Source: Epiperipatus broadwayi (Eukaryota; Animalia; Onychophora). From it: a DNA stretch of 64,000 nucleotides. Where the stretch lies: contig JAQFVV010000004.1 of assembly GCA_028023455.1 (NCBI GenBank), forward strand, positions 23,498,001 to 23,562,000, read 5' to 3'. Below the pieces are notes generated by a model. It ran no database searches and had not been told where the DNA came from. It saw nothing but the letters and a program-made list of their open reading frames with translations. A program made the translations under genes and the position numbers. Numbering within the stretch: position 1 is the first letter of the stretch; each line of letters starts with the position of its first letter. Positions 28,368-41,899 of this stretch are shown in pieces.

Positions 28368-29014
28368 TGTTATGTTTGCATGTGGGTTAAAATACAAATA
28401 TAAAGTTAAAAAATTAATATATATGAATGTATGTTAAAATGCATACACATTTAAAGTTTAAAAATAAGTATAATAAATTTAAGTAAAAAATTAAAACTTA
28501 CCAGAAAGAATAGATAAAAGAATTAGTTTTACTAAAAGATTAATTATAACCGAAAGAAACAAGTTTAAATTCTTAAAATGTAATAAGAGATAGAATGGAA
28601 TTCCACCCAAAACTAATTAATTAATAATAATTTAAAAATAAAAAAGATTATTGATTTTCCGGATGCATCTACAATTAAAAAATATTAAATAATGTCAGCA
28701 GGATCTAAGAGGCTCAACCAATTAGACCAGGAATCCTAATAATTAATTGAAAGTGAACAATTGGCCTAAAAGAAGAAACCAAGGGACATTTGCTCATGGA
28801 AGCTACATGTGTGCTGATGAACTTGCAACAACACAGCGCTGATTGTTATGTGTTGGTTTAGATTAGCTTTTACCACAGAATAACTTGCCTCCAGACATGC
28901 CAAAGCAAGTTTACGACCATGAACAAATTGCTCTGGCCTTCATTATTATTTTAGTATGCCTTTGTGTCTGTAAGTAGCTAATCTGTAAATAAGTTGTTAA
29001 TATGTATTTGTAAT
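28368..29014 (+). mobile_element. Gypsy 5' LTR, first part
   Basis: Starts TGTTATG and aligns (about 80% by eye) with the 3' LTR from 39007. Confidence 0.85.
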
Positions 29015-32000
29015 GGATAACCAGCATCTAATATCCATTATCAGATGGTGCCACTAGATTACTAGCCTAAAAAAAATAGTGTCTGATGAAGATAAAAAGT
29101 ATAAGTGTCCACAGATATACACCAACATGCATATATCTAAAATCACTTCTAGACTATGGAGAAGAGAGATTCTTGTTAAATAAAAATTGGCAGGATAGAT
29201 AACACTAGACAAAATGCTGACCAAATCTAACAATTGATAAAACAATGCTTATTAACAATTTAACAAAGCATAAATATAATTCAATTATGGGTTTAAATAC
29301 CCAGAGTTATTCCAAATAGAACAGAGTTTAAATATTAATTTTTTTTTCAATTAAGCATATAGTAGATTTGGTACCTGGAAGTTTAAATATTACTTCCCCT
29401 AAAATTTTACTTTTAGTATTATTAAATAATTCCTGAAGATTAATACTGGTTTGACAATTTATCCAGATGTGTGCACATATATATTTCACAATGGCGTTAA
29501 TAAACAATCAATAAATCAGCAGCCTTTATCACTATACATGTTCACACACACAGACTATTACAAAAATTAAGCCTATATGTGGTGCACTAGATTAAACTAC
29601 ACAAAAATAGAAAATGACAATAAATAGGCATATTAATCACCCAAGTTATAAAGCAATAAAATATATAGACAATCATGGAAAGAAAGGTCACTTTACCCAA
29701 TGCAAAATTATAAATAACCATGAACATCTCAAATGGGGATCATAATAATAAATCCATATGGTAGATAAATATCTAGGATCACTCTTCAATGATCATATAT
29801 ATATATTGTACCGGTCACTTTCTATCTTCTTTTGATCACTGAGGGTGCCACCAGGGAGAGAAAGGGATCTTTAAGATTGTTCAGACAACTAAGATAAGAA
29901 CACCAAGAGAAACATTAGCCAAAATAAATCTAAACAATTTTAAAGTTTATTAAATTCAAAAAGAAAATAAATCCCAGGCAAACAAAATATAAAAGTTTGA
30001 CCTAGATTCTTCTAGCATATTTATCAGAGAGTGTGCAAGAGTATTGAAAACATTAAATACCCTGGCAGATAAGTTTGTTTTCTCATCTGTGATTTAAAAA
30101 GAGGGATTTATAATCTCTTCCTGTCAGCAGTTTATAAAAACTAATTCAAGTTTCCCTATTCAGAGATTTCAAAAATAAAATGGTCTTGTAAAGAATACAA
30201 TGAAACAGCACAGGTGAGCTTCCCTTGGTCTGGAATAAAGCATGGGGACCAAGAATGTCATATGTCTGCAGAACAGCTCATGATTAACCATGTTCAAGGT
30301 TTCATAGTTGACCCAAATACAAGAAAATAAAAAAATAGAACAAGAGAAGATTATGATTATGCATAATCTTAAATAAAAGAAAACAAAATCTCCAATTTAG
30401 AAAAAAACAGAACAATACAGTTGATAAACTGCCAGCTAAAAGATTTATAGTCTGCAAGAAACACAAACCAAGCTTATCTAAATTAATTACAGTATAATAA
30501 AAGGGACAGGTTAGTTAAAAGAAAATTACAAATGTCTGCCAAAGCATTCATTAAGGGTTAGTAATATAAAAAGAGAACATGAAGCATATAAAATAGAAAC
30601 TCACAATACACTCCCAGATAAATAACTTTTAAAAAACAAATATGGACTTTTAAAACTAAAAGTCCATTATATATACTAGTAAGAAAATACATGACAAAAG
30701 GATTAAAGAAATATTCAAAACTTATAATAAATACAGGATTATTTAAGATTAAACTGAGACTATGACAAAGATTTAAGCCCTGGTTAGAATATAAAAACAT
30801 TTTACTTCAAGACCTAAGGTAAAGTCCATTAGATTTCCTCCGACAGGACATGCAAAGTTCTTTTCAACTAGAGTCCATCATGAAGGCTTTGGATTATATC
30901 CCTTTGGGAGGGAGTGTGGAGATAAGTTCCAGATCAGTTTTTTTTATTCTTTTACGGTATGATCTTTGAAGAAACAACTCGGGGGGTTTGTGTTCGGGTT
31001 GACTTAGCACTGCATGTTGTAGAAAAGATTCCTCATGGTGGGTAATTTTAGAATTCTGCAGAGAGTAACACTATTTAGAAAATAATGGTCCATAATGATA
31101 TCAGCAGACAGCAATTTTTAAAATATAAGGCAGCACAGCAAAAAATAAAATTCAACAAACAGAATAAAAATAAATAGCCGAATAATAAGTAGTCTGAAAT
31201 CCCAGGGCTATTTATATGCACTCTTATCTCCTGTGCCATCTTTAATTCGCAGTTTTTGCCCAGGGAAAATCTCTACCTCAGACTTAATCTTAATTAAAAA
31301 TCTAACCAGGGTTCCTATCTTATACAAAATTAATTTAAAAAAAATAAATGCAAAATTAAGTCTCAGGTATCTTTTTACAAATAAATTAAAAATAAATTAT
31401 AATAAAAAAAAAATAAAGTAAAAGACCCAGGAATGCAATCAAAACTTTCAAAATTAAAAGCTTTTTCAAAAGATTAAAACTTTTCAAATTATAATGTTTT
31501 TACAATTTGATTTTAAAAAAAAGTGTCAAAAAAAACATATTTTTAAACTAAAAAGTAAAATTAGAGAATTTTAAAATATAGTTGCCTATGTGTGTTATAA
31601 CATATAAAACTCTTAAATAACTTTATAAAAATAAAAGTTAGTATTAATTTCACGATGAAACTTTTGAAGCAGATAAAGTATCCAGTTCAATATATATATC
31701 AATTCCTTTAATTTCAGATGCATGTAGTGCATACAGAGTAAACAAAACTGCTAACAAATTTAAACAGCTTAATCAAAGATTTATAAAATTATGTACTCAT
31801 ATAGGTTCAAGTATACACATATAGTAATGATTTTAAAATCTTCAGCAGCATTATTAATTACTAAATAAAAACTATAGTAAATATAGAAATAAAAATCCAT
31901 TTTTAAAACTTTTTCTTTTCTTTAAAAACTTCTCATTAAAATTAACAAGAATTGTAATTGACAATCATGGAAGTGATTTTCTTTTTAATAAATCCTTTTT

Positions 32001-33970
32001 CACAAGGGGAAAAATATAAAATTACAATTTGAAATGCAAACTATTTTCTCTAAACACAAAGATAGTTTATAAAACAGACAAATATATAAAATATAAAATT
32101 AAATCATTAAGCCTATATATCACTGACTCATTGGTAATGTTTTAATATAACAGTTCATAAGTAAAGTTTACCTTAACCTGACAACCAGTTTCTCTAACTA
32201 TAATCGTAGTTGGCTTTAACTCTCTCTAAAACTGGCAATTTTACATTATCATGCTCATTTTCAAACTAAAAAGTACTGCAAGATGCTGCCCTCAAATTAT
32301 TTTACAAGTAAGCAATCAATATTTAAATTTGAAGCTAGAATGTGGGAGAAGGCAGACTATCTAAGGTGCTGATTGGTTGTTACTCATTTTGAACAAAAGG
32401 GAGCGCTTTTTAAAAATTTTGACAGCTTCAAGTTTTTTGTTTTGATTTTCAAAATGAAAATGAACATTTTTTACATATTATAAATTATTTTGATAAAATA
32501 TACTGAAAATATAATTATTTTAGAAGAATAGTTAAGATTTTAGTAAAAATTCTTTACTTTTACAAGAACGTAAATTGTGAAAGAAATCAATGACATATGC
32601 ATTTTCTAATAGGTAATGAATGTTCTTTTTAGGTTATCCGCTATAGAGTATTTTTATAATTATAAATAGAAATGTATTTTTGAAAAAACTTTGATTCACT
32701 TTTATAATCTGACAAATTATTAATTTGTTTTTTAGAAAGTAAACTAAAACTAATAGAATATTAAAAGACAAATATATATTTTTCTGATTTTGTAATTGAC
32801 TAATTAAAAGTTTAGAGCATTAACTCACTTGACCAACTGGAATTTTTGACACCACAAGATTAGGTCCCAGAGAAGATGGTAAAGAGGTTATTATTTTTCA
32901 GAAAAGCTGAATTTTATATATGTACATAGATGAAAATGAAGGCAATAATTTCCATGTCTTCATTTACCAATTTTGTTAATCTTGTAGAGAGTTTGTCCTG
33001 GTATTGCTTCTTTAGTATTGAGAAGTACATTTCTTGAATGGCATACTTGGAAGTGGATAGCACTTAGTTGATTTTTCACACAAGTAAAGTTGGCATTGAT
33101 GGCTGTAGGTTACATAATAGAGAATGAAGTTTATTTCCTAGCACTTTAGCTTCTCATAATTTTTAACATGATCACAGATAGAATTTTGGGATATGCTAAG
33201 CAAGCAAAGCTAACGATCTCAAGATATAGGCTTAATGACCAAAATAAAAGCAGAATAAATGCAAGAATGAATACAGAATTCTGAACTGCTCCTTTTACAG
33301 CACTAAATTCTTGATTAATTAGCCCACTTATTTACCAGGCATTTTAATTAACAATGCCACTTAGATAAGCCAGTAATTATTCATCAATAATTTACTAAAA
33401 CTTTTTTAATCCATTAAGCTAATAATTATTTTTATTTAGTAAATTTACCAAACATTTTTAATTAGACCAATCTGTAAATTTACAGATAACAGAATCTTAA
33501 AAAAGAAACAAGATTTAATAAAAAAAAATTGATTTTATACCAGTTTTTTTTTAATTGATAAAAAAAAAAAGAAATTAAGAATTTATAGATTAAGTATTGT
33601 TTCTCTAATATAAAATTTAAACAGATTTATAATAATTTTTAGCTAAAAAGTTTTTTCCATGAATATGATGTAATAAATATATTGAAGGCCTGTTGAGCAG
33701 TAATAAAGCTAAATATTAAAAAAAAACTACCACTTCTATGAATATATTAAATGATGTAATTTTCTATGAATATATTCATTAATTACCAGATTTTTTTATA
33801 TACCATGAACCAAGCTATAATAAATGCAACCCTATATCAATGTGTGCATGTATATAATACAAGCATATTTTTAAAAAAAAATTAAGAACTAAAATTAAGC
33901 TTGTGCTTTGACAACCATGAAATATTTTAAAATAGTTTAGATACTGAGATAGAAAAGATCTATCTCAATC

Positions 33971-34104
33971 TGTAATATTAATATTTATGTATTAAATCAT
34001 AATCCCAAGGGTTTCAGTGTGCTTATTTACCAGGTTAAAATTTATATAAGTCTATATCTGTTTGGTAGTGCAGGGATCACTCCTGAGACATAGCAATTAA
34101 TATA
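33971..34104 (+). mobile_element. Gypsy 5' LTR, terminal part
   Basis: Matches the 3' LTR at ~39655-39795 (aaatcataatcccaag...ggtagtgcaggga...ctgagacatagca). Confidence 0.85.
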
Positions 34105-35292
34105 CACCTGGGTCTCGTTTTACGCGATAGATAGGTTCTTCAGAAAACACGCGCAAACGAAATCGCGCAAAAATAGACGTAACTTACATTAAAAAAGGGG
34201 GGATGTGGTCTGTAATTTTTCAAAATTCATGTAAAAGCAAAGCACCAACGTAAAATTACTTTAAAATTCGCGCAAAAAAAAAAAAAATAAGGAAATAAAA
34301 TATGACTAATAAAAAATTTCAAATTTGAAAAAAAACTGATACAAGACAAACTTTTTTTAACTATAATATTTAATTTTATTCAAAATAATATATTTTTATG
34401 TATAATTTACAGTAATTTACATTTTTTTTATACACGTTTTAATTATTATTGCTATTTGCCCCAAAACACGTTCATTTGCAAACTAGTAAAAAATCAGATT
34501 CTCATGTAATGTGATGTGATGTATTTGGCTTCTCCTTAAACGAAGTCAAGAATATCTCAGCAATTATTCTCACAAGAGGAAATACAACTAGTGCCAAGTT
34601 CACTCTCATGTTATGTTAGTGGTTTTCTGTTGACGACGATGATGATTTTATTAATTGTTTATGAACTTAGACTTATGATAATAAAGACATTTATTCACCA
34701 CTGCTGGGAAAAATTTAATTAAAACTAACAACTAAAAATTAAATTCTTATTTTTGTCTTTAATTTTCAATTCCGTTTAAAAATCAAATTTCGTTTTACAT
34801 CACATTAATTTCAAGTCGCCTGTAAGTAATTTTTAAATTGTTAATTACAATTAAAAATCAGATTTTAATTGTGCCCACTGTTATTACTGACCTTTTAAAA
34901 ATAAACTTGTGGATGCTAAATGATTAATAATTGATTACGTTCTTTTTTAAAAAGCAAAAACAGAATGTGATTTAAAATGCAAAATTAACACGCACAATGT
35001 TTGAACAAATTTACATTATAATCTTGTAAAATTTAATGTCTGTATACATAAAATGTGGAAATCATGATTTTAATTTCATTATTGCATAAAATCTTATTAT
35101 TATAAAGCACTGAAAATATTGAAATTACTAAGATGAAAGTAGAATTCCAATAATGTGCTATTACTTTCAATATAACGTAAGTGCACGAAATTTATTATTT
35201 AAAGTAATAGCGCATTATCGGAGGTCGACTTCTGGTGAAACACGAATCGCGTAACTTCAAAATCGTGTTAAATAAGTCCGCGTAAAAAGAAC
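34105..35292. mobile_element. Probable non-autonomous Tc1/pogo-type DNA transposon at the LTR/PBS junction
   Basis: Follows a TA; CpG-rich ends with imperfect inverted similarity (tctcgttttacgcg vs cgcgtaaaaaga) and repeated AATCGCG motifs; the right end looks clipped. Superfamily is an inference. Confidence 0.5.
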
Positions 35293-35293
35293 T

Positions 35294-38200
35294 TGGCAAC
35301 AAAATAGTAGGGGTAAACTATGATTAATAGGTATCAAATGATGTGCTAACATGCAATCAATTGATGATGTTGGCATCAGTGATGCTATTAATTGGCCTCT
35401 TTACATTCAACACAGAAAAATATCTTTCATCTTGCGTTGTTAGCCAAGAGGTATCGCAGCCGCCATGCAAGCAAGTAGTTGGTTGCAGACGGTTGTGGGT
35501 TTGCGTTCCGACCGATGCTATGACATATGAAAAAAATAAAAATAAATATCTCTTCATAAGTAAAATCAACAATGAAAAAATTAAAGTAGTATCACTGCTA
35601 CATTTTGCAGAAAAAGAATAATAGAAATTACTAATAAGCTCTGTGAACCTGATATTCCCAAGGGTTATCCTTTCAATCAATTTAAAGATTGCTTGTTGAA
35701 TTATTTTAGTCCATGTCTTTCAAGGCACATTGCCAGACTTCATTTCAGGAATCACCCTGGGGCAGAAATAAAAAAAAATTAAAGATTATGACATAGCTGT
35801 TTATAAGTTTGCAAAAAATTGAGAACATGGCTCATTTCTTGCTGAGGGTGTCCTTGAGCAATTTCTGTGGGGAATGAGCAGTGACAGTTTAAGGCAACAA
35901 TTGTTAGTCAATAGTTAATTAAAATATAATGAATTTATAAAACATGGTATAGCTCAAGAATTGGTTCTTGAGCAATCAAGAGAATTCACTGAGATAAAAG
36001 AGTCAGAGATATTTTACAAATGGATGTTTGGAAGACATATAAACCTGAGAGAAAGATATTTAAAAAATAATGATAGTAATACAACTCTATTATTTGTTTT
36101 TGTTGCAGAAAAGCTGACTATAAAGCCGGTGACTGTTTTCACAAAAATAAATATTGCAAACTGTGTAACAAAAAAGGGTACTTGGAAATGAAGTGTAAAA
36201 AAAAGAATAGGCAGACCTGGTAAAGGCAGTAATAGCTGTAAAGATGTATTTAATAAAAATGGAAATCAATCAGTCAGTACAAGAAATGCCTTAACAACTG
36301 AATGTGATAAAATTATAATACCTTAAAATTATGCGACAAGTCCATATATATGAAGATCGATAGTGGAAGTGGCATATTTTTGATTTCACATATGAATGAA
36401 GTTCTATAATTGCTAATTGTAAAAAGCTGTTGACAATCAAGAATACCGAGTTAAAAGCTTTAGATGTAAACAGAAATGCAATTAAAACCAAAAAAGGAGT
36501 TAAAGCTCCTAATACCTCTGTATGTAGATTATATTTCAATAATCCCATTAATCAATCATTATTGGTTTAAAAAATTGGGCATTAAATTTGCATTGGTTAA
36601 AAAGATTGACATCAAGAGAGAAGTGAGAGAAAAATTTTCTAAATTGTTAAATGGAGAATGGGGGGAAATAAAGAACACCCTTGTATAGCTATCTCTGGAG
36701 ATGCTATCTATAATTTACAAATTAATTAAGATCATGTTTGTTCAGAAATAAAAAGTTGAAAAGTCAATTAAGAAATTAGTTAAGAATGGCATATTAGAAC
36801 CTACAGAAAAATCTGATGGGGCAATACCATTAGTAATAATTAGTAAATGAAATGTGAAAATTCATTTGTTGCAGTGATTAAATCAAACTATTAATAAATA
36901 TGTATACCATCCCTAATTCCAGAAAAATAATTGTGTCATCGCAAAAATGTATATATTTTTTTTTTGCAAAATTAGATCTTAACTCAGCATTTCACCAGAT
37001 ATCAGGGACAAATAAGGCTTCAGAAATATTAACATTAATCAAGCATGTATGGTTATTCAGGTGCAAATGACTTTCATTCAGAATAACTTCTGCATCTAAT
37101 ATTTTCCAGTTGATAATTGAGACTCTTCTTAAGGGATTTGAGAATGTTATACCATTTTTTTTATGACATTCTAGTTGCTGCTGTAATGGAAAATAAACTG
37201 AGAAATCATCTAAATAACATATGTAAAAAAACTAAGTGAATTTGGAGCAAAATTGAATACCCAAAATGTATTTCAAAAGCAAATAATATTAAATTTTAAA
37301 AGCATGTGATTTCAAATAGACATCTCATCTCAAAAAGTCAAAGCTATATATGAAGTTCCAAGGCTGAATAATATACAATTATGTTTTTCTAAGTCTTGTA
37401 AATTATTTTGGGAATTTTTTGAAGGACAAGGCTCAAGTAGCCAGACTCTTATATGATTTATTAAGAAAGAACCAGAAATGGAACTGGGAATTAGTGCAAG
37501 AAATAGCATGTTTTTACATATCAAATCACTACTCGCTTTGAATAAATTGCTTGTTCATTTTAATAACGACTTGGAAATTATGCTTACAAAAGATGCATCT
37601 GAGTTTGAAGTTGATGCAGTAGTATGACACCCAGCATGTTCAAGTGGATGACCTACTGCCTTTGCTTCATGCACCTTGTCCAAAACTGAAAAAAATTATA
37701 GTCTGCTATTCACGGAAACTCTCGCTATATTGTTTGGAATTTACAAATTTCATCAATATTTATATGGACACAGATTTGGCATAATAAATGTCCAAAATTT
37801 CTCCATAAAGAATTATGGAGCACCTGTGATAATTTATCAGTTTGTAAAGACTATATTCTGATGTGCAATTATGCACTAATCCCAGTTGAGGGTGGAGATT
37901 TAATTTTACAATTATTGCATAATGGGCACCAGGCATAGTCAGAATAAAAACATTAGCCGTAACTATATAGGGTAGCCAAACATTAATTGTAATATTGAGA
38001 ATTCATAAATAATTGCAGTAATTGTCAAACATGTGCTAGACTGCCATCTAAAAATTCCGAAGTATGACCTAAAGCATTAAGACTATGGTAATGCATCCAT
38101 GTTGATCATGTGGGCCCATTTAATGGTCTTTTTTTATGGCAGTCAATGCATATTCAGGATGGGCAGAATACAAATTAATTAAGTGCACTACTTCCAATGA

Positions 38201-39004
38201 GACAATCAAAAAAATTTACATGAAATTTTTTCACATCGCTGCCTTCCTGAATCTTTAATTTCTGACAATGGAACTCGATTCACCATCCAAGAAATTTAAA
38301 GAGTGTATAAAAGAATGGGGGAGAAAACATATCCTCACACCCTCCTACCACTATCAATCTAATGGATTGGCAGAAATGGTTGTCCAAAAATTGAAAGTAG
38401 CAATAATTAAAATTGGAAAAATGTAAATACAGAAAACAGTTTATACTGCACTCCTGCTAAATCAGAAAAAATATCAGCAGAATTCTATTTAGATCATAAC
38501 CAAATTATCAAATATAACACCTAGTGAGGATTATAGTAATGAAGAACCTACCATGTAGAAGCTCATGCCAGGTGAATGAGGGTGGGCAAAAAATAGACTA
38601 GATAAATTTTCGAAGAAAGCAATAGTAAAATGATATCTGTCCAAACAAGGTGTAATGTATTTTTATATTGGCCTATTTCCATCATCTAATATGTGTGTTG
38701 AATGTCTTTAGAGCAATTTAATTTTATTTAAATATTCCAAATACTTTCAACTGGTAGTTATATCACAGCAAACATGTGTAATGGTTTGTGCAAATAAAGG
38801 AAAACTATTACGAAAACACATAAACCAATTACAAAGAGATGAGAGTGAAGATATATAATACTGTTGATATTTAAAGAAACTGATTATCACTGGAAAGATC
38901 AATCTGAGAAACCTAAACAAGAACTCAAGTTGATCCAAGCCCATGCGAAAAAGCAAGAATGTGTAGCAGAACATACTAGCTCAAAAGAAGGAAGTTGGAG
39001 GAAG
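35294..39004 (+). mobile_element. Decayed Ty3/Gypsy internal region: PBS, gag, PR, RT, RNase H, integrase, PPT
   Basis: PBS-like TGGCAAC (35294); gag EQFLWGM..LRQQLL; knuckle CKLCNKKGY..KC; RT KLDLNSAFHQ and FFYDILV; RH DASEF..AFAS.TLSKTEKNYS; IN IHVDHVGPF, LISDNG, QSNGLAE. Order RT-RH-IN, purine tract 38983-39004, many stops and frameshifts. Confidence 0.95.
35434..35546 (+). mobile_element. tRNA-derived SINE copy inserted in gypsy gag
   Basis: A-box-like TAGCCAAGAGG, B-box-like GGTTTGCGTTCC, A-rich tail; near-TSD aaatatctttcat / aaatatctcttcat. Confidence 0.8.
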
Positions 39005-39006
39005 TG

Positions 39007-39799
39007 TGTTATGTTTGTATGTGTAGGTTAAAATACATACACATATAAAGCTAGAAAAATAGTAGTGTATGTTGAAAATAGTATATATGTATGTATGTTG
39101 AAACACAGATATGAAGTTTAAAAATAAGTATAATAAATTTAAATAAAAAGTAAAATTAAATTATTTAAGGAGTAGATAAAAATTACAGTTTTACTAAAAG
39201 ATTAATTATAATCCGAAGAAACAACTTTAATTAAATTCTTAAAATATAGTAAGATAAGAATGGAATTCCATCAAAAACTAATTAATTAATAACAATTAAA
39301 AAGTAGAAGAGATTACTGATTTGCCAGATGCATAAAATATTAAACCATGTCAACATGATAGAATAGGAATACTAATAATTAACTGAAAGTGAACAATTGG
39401 CCTAAAAGAAAAAAAACTGGAAGGGATGCTTGCTCATGAAAATTATATGCGTGCAGATGGACTTGCAACAACATGGTGTGGGCATGTGTGTCTGCGTGTC
39501 ATCATGTGTTGGCTTAGAAAGCTTCTACTGCAGAGAAACTTGCCTCAGGACATGCCAAAACAAGTCTAAGAAGAACAGGTCACATTGACCATTATTATTT
39601 TAGTATGCCTTCAGATCTGTAAATAGTTAATCTGTAACTAATTTAATATGTATATATAATATTAATATTCTTACGTTGTATTATTGATGTACTAAATCAT
39701 AATCCCAAGTGTTATTGTATTTACCAGGTTAAAATTTATATAAGCCTATATCTGTTTGGTAGTGCAGGGATAACTCTGAGACATAGCAGTAATCTAAGA
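39007..39799 (+). mobile_element. Gypsy 3' LTR
   Basis: TGTTATG directly after the PPT; homologous to 28368-29014 plus 33971-34104. Right boundary approximate. Confidence 0.9.
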
Positions 39800-40145
39800 T
39801 GAAACTGAAAAGGCAATATTCAATATAAATAAAATCTCTTTAAAGGATCTCTCTCTCTTTTTTTAAATGGATAATTTAGTTTTTTAATCAAAGAAGAAAT
39901 TCTAATTAGCCAAACTGTTATTATATACTGCTTGACAAACTAAAAAAATATCCCAATAACAAATAATTTTATTAGTATTAAACCATTAAGCATCACATGA
40001 TCACATTTTCTATACTAGAGCATTAATTGTTGATAAACAGAGCAAAACTCTCCATACAGTATTGCCACCTGTGCTAAACAGAGTAATCAATGGATGCCTG
40101 AAGGCTTGAGCATAAAATCCCTATCTAATGCCTACTCATCCAATA

Positions 40146-40187
40146 TCCCCAGACTAGTTTCTGGCTTGTGGCCATCGTCAGTGAGGA
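40146..40187 (-). ncRNA. Intact minimal type-I hammerhead ribozyme, family B
   Basis: TCCTCA CTGACGA TGGC CACAA GCCA GAAA C TA GTC TGGGGA: helix I 6 bp (one G-U), helix II 4 bp, palindromic helix III ACTAGT, GUC cleavage site. Confidence 0.9.
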
Positions 40188-40343
40188 GCATTGGATCTGA
40201 GAGCACTGCACCTAGATCTTAGGATCCAATGCAACCCTTCAGCAGCCACCTTTTATCTCTACTTAACTACAAAACTATGAGAATGAAATTGAAAACACAA
40301 AAAATATTTTCAATCTAAGCTCAATAGCTTATAGATCCAAAGC

Positions 40344-40385
40344 TCCTCACTGACAATGGCCACAAGCCAGAAACTAGTCTGGGGA
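40344..40385 (+). ncRNA. Hammerhead, family B, with G8A core mutation
   Basis: Identical to the minus copy except CTGACAA. Confidence 0.85.
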
Positions 40386-41299
40386 TATTGGATGAGTAGG
40401 CATTAGATAGGGATTTTATGCACAAGCCTTCTGGCATCCATTGATTACTCTGTTTAGCACAGGTGGCAATACTGTATGGAGAGTTTTGCTCAATTTTATT
40501 AGTAATTAAAGAAAAAAAATTGGGATGCATTTCACAAGTAAATAGACTTTATTATTTCTTATGAATAATATCAGATCTTCCTACAAAGAACACAAAATTA
40601 GAATCGGCCAATTCATTATTGTATTAATTAATAAATAAAATAATTTCAATAAATACTTTTATTATTTTTTAATAAATTGTTTATTATTAGAATGTTTAAT
40701 ATGAAGAATTCTTGACCAAATTATAATCATTATTATTAAATTAAAAGCATACAAGTACTACTTTATATTTGGAGAAAACATTAAAAATATTAAATTGTTT
40801 TGACTGTTAAGAAAAATAATATAGGAAAATTGATTGATTTGCTTATTTCTTTACTGTTGCTTTACCTGTGATCTGGAATTTGAACTTGGAAATTTTAATT
40901 AAGATTAGAATTTACTTTTCAGATAATATCCTATTACAAATGACAAGAGAGTTCAAAGTTGCCCGCATATATTGTTTTATTTTTCAAAAAAATATTTTAA
41001 AATTTTTTTTTTTTAAAAAAGTAAATAATTTTGACTAATCATTTAGAAGTTAGAGATCATTTAAGTTAAAAAGAGACTATCTATTATGAAAAGATGACAA
41101 AACATTTTTTTTAAACTAAATTTTTTTATAATAGATCAAATAAAAAAAGTTAATTGAAAAAAAAAAAAAAGCAAAAAAACAAATAAATAATTTTATAATA
41201 GCAAATCTGTGAATAAAAATAATAAAATTACTTAGTATGAAATAAGTGCTGGGTTTTGAGTTGATGTTTTATAAAGATCTAGTGTCTGAATATTCTAGC

Positions 41300-41345
41300 T
41301 CTTCACTGAGGTGAGCCATAAGCTCGAAACCAATTGGTCTGGAGA
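41300..41345 (+). ncRNA. Type-I hammerhead variant, family C
   Basis: TCTTCA CTGAGGT GAGC CATAA GCTC GAAA CCAATTGG TC TGGAGA: 6-bp helix I, perfect helix II, 10-bp palindrome ACCAATTGGT, GUC site; A9 is missing or substituted. Confidence 0.8.
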
Positions 41346-41899
41346 TAGGAGTGTTCCGGAAAGAGATTTTAAATATTTACTCTTATCGCACTTATCAATT
41401 AAGAGCTTGTTTGAGCTATTGGTGCGCTCTCTGTATTACATTTTTGTAAATACAAGCTTAAAAAAGTAATGTCACGTTATATATGACTTGCTTTTTATTA
41501 TTATACTAAATCTATCTCATAAAATAACTGAAGCTTGAATAAAGAACAAAAATTACATACTGCCATGACAGTTAAAAATAATAAAAAAAAAAATTCAAGG
41601 CCAAATAAACGAACTCTTTAATATACAGAATGGTGACATTTTATCAGAGGAAAATATAATACTCTTCATATGAAAAAGAAAGATACTACAGTAATTTTTT
41701 TAAAAAATAAAGTATCCAAATTATTAATGAAGAACTTTTTAACCGAAGAGCTATTTAGTTAATAATTTTGAATAAATAAAATAAAAATTAGAATAGTTTC
41801 ATAAAAAAATATTAATAATTTATTATTTTAAAATACGTTCTTACATATAACTGGAGAAAAGTGATAAAATGTGGAAAATAGAGTAGAAACTATCTTCTC

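Larger units (their letters stand above)
40040..40491. mobile_element. Young head-to-head inverted pair of HHR repeat family B
   Basis: 159-bp arms 40040-40198 and 40333-40491 differ at 4 positions by my alignment. Confidence 0.9.

Noticed and set aside
29797-31440. Possible solo LTR on the minus strand (TATA-like and AATAAA-like signals)
   Set aside because: No TSD, no second copy and no clear ends.
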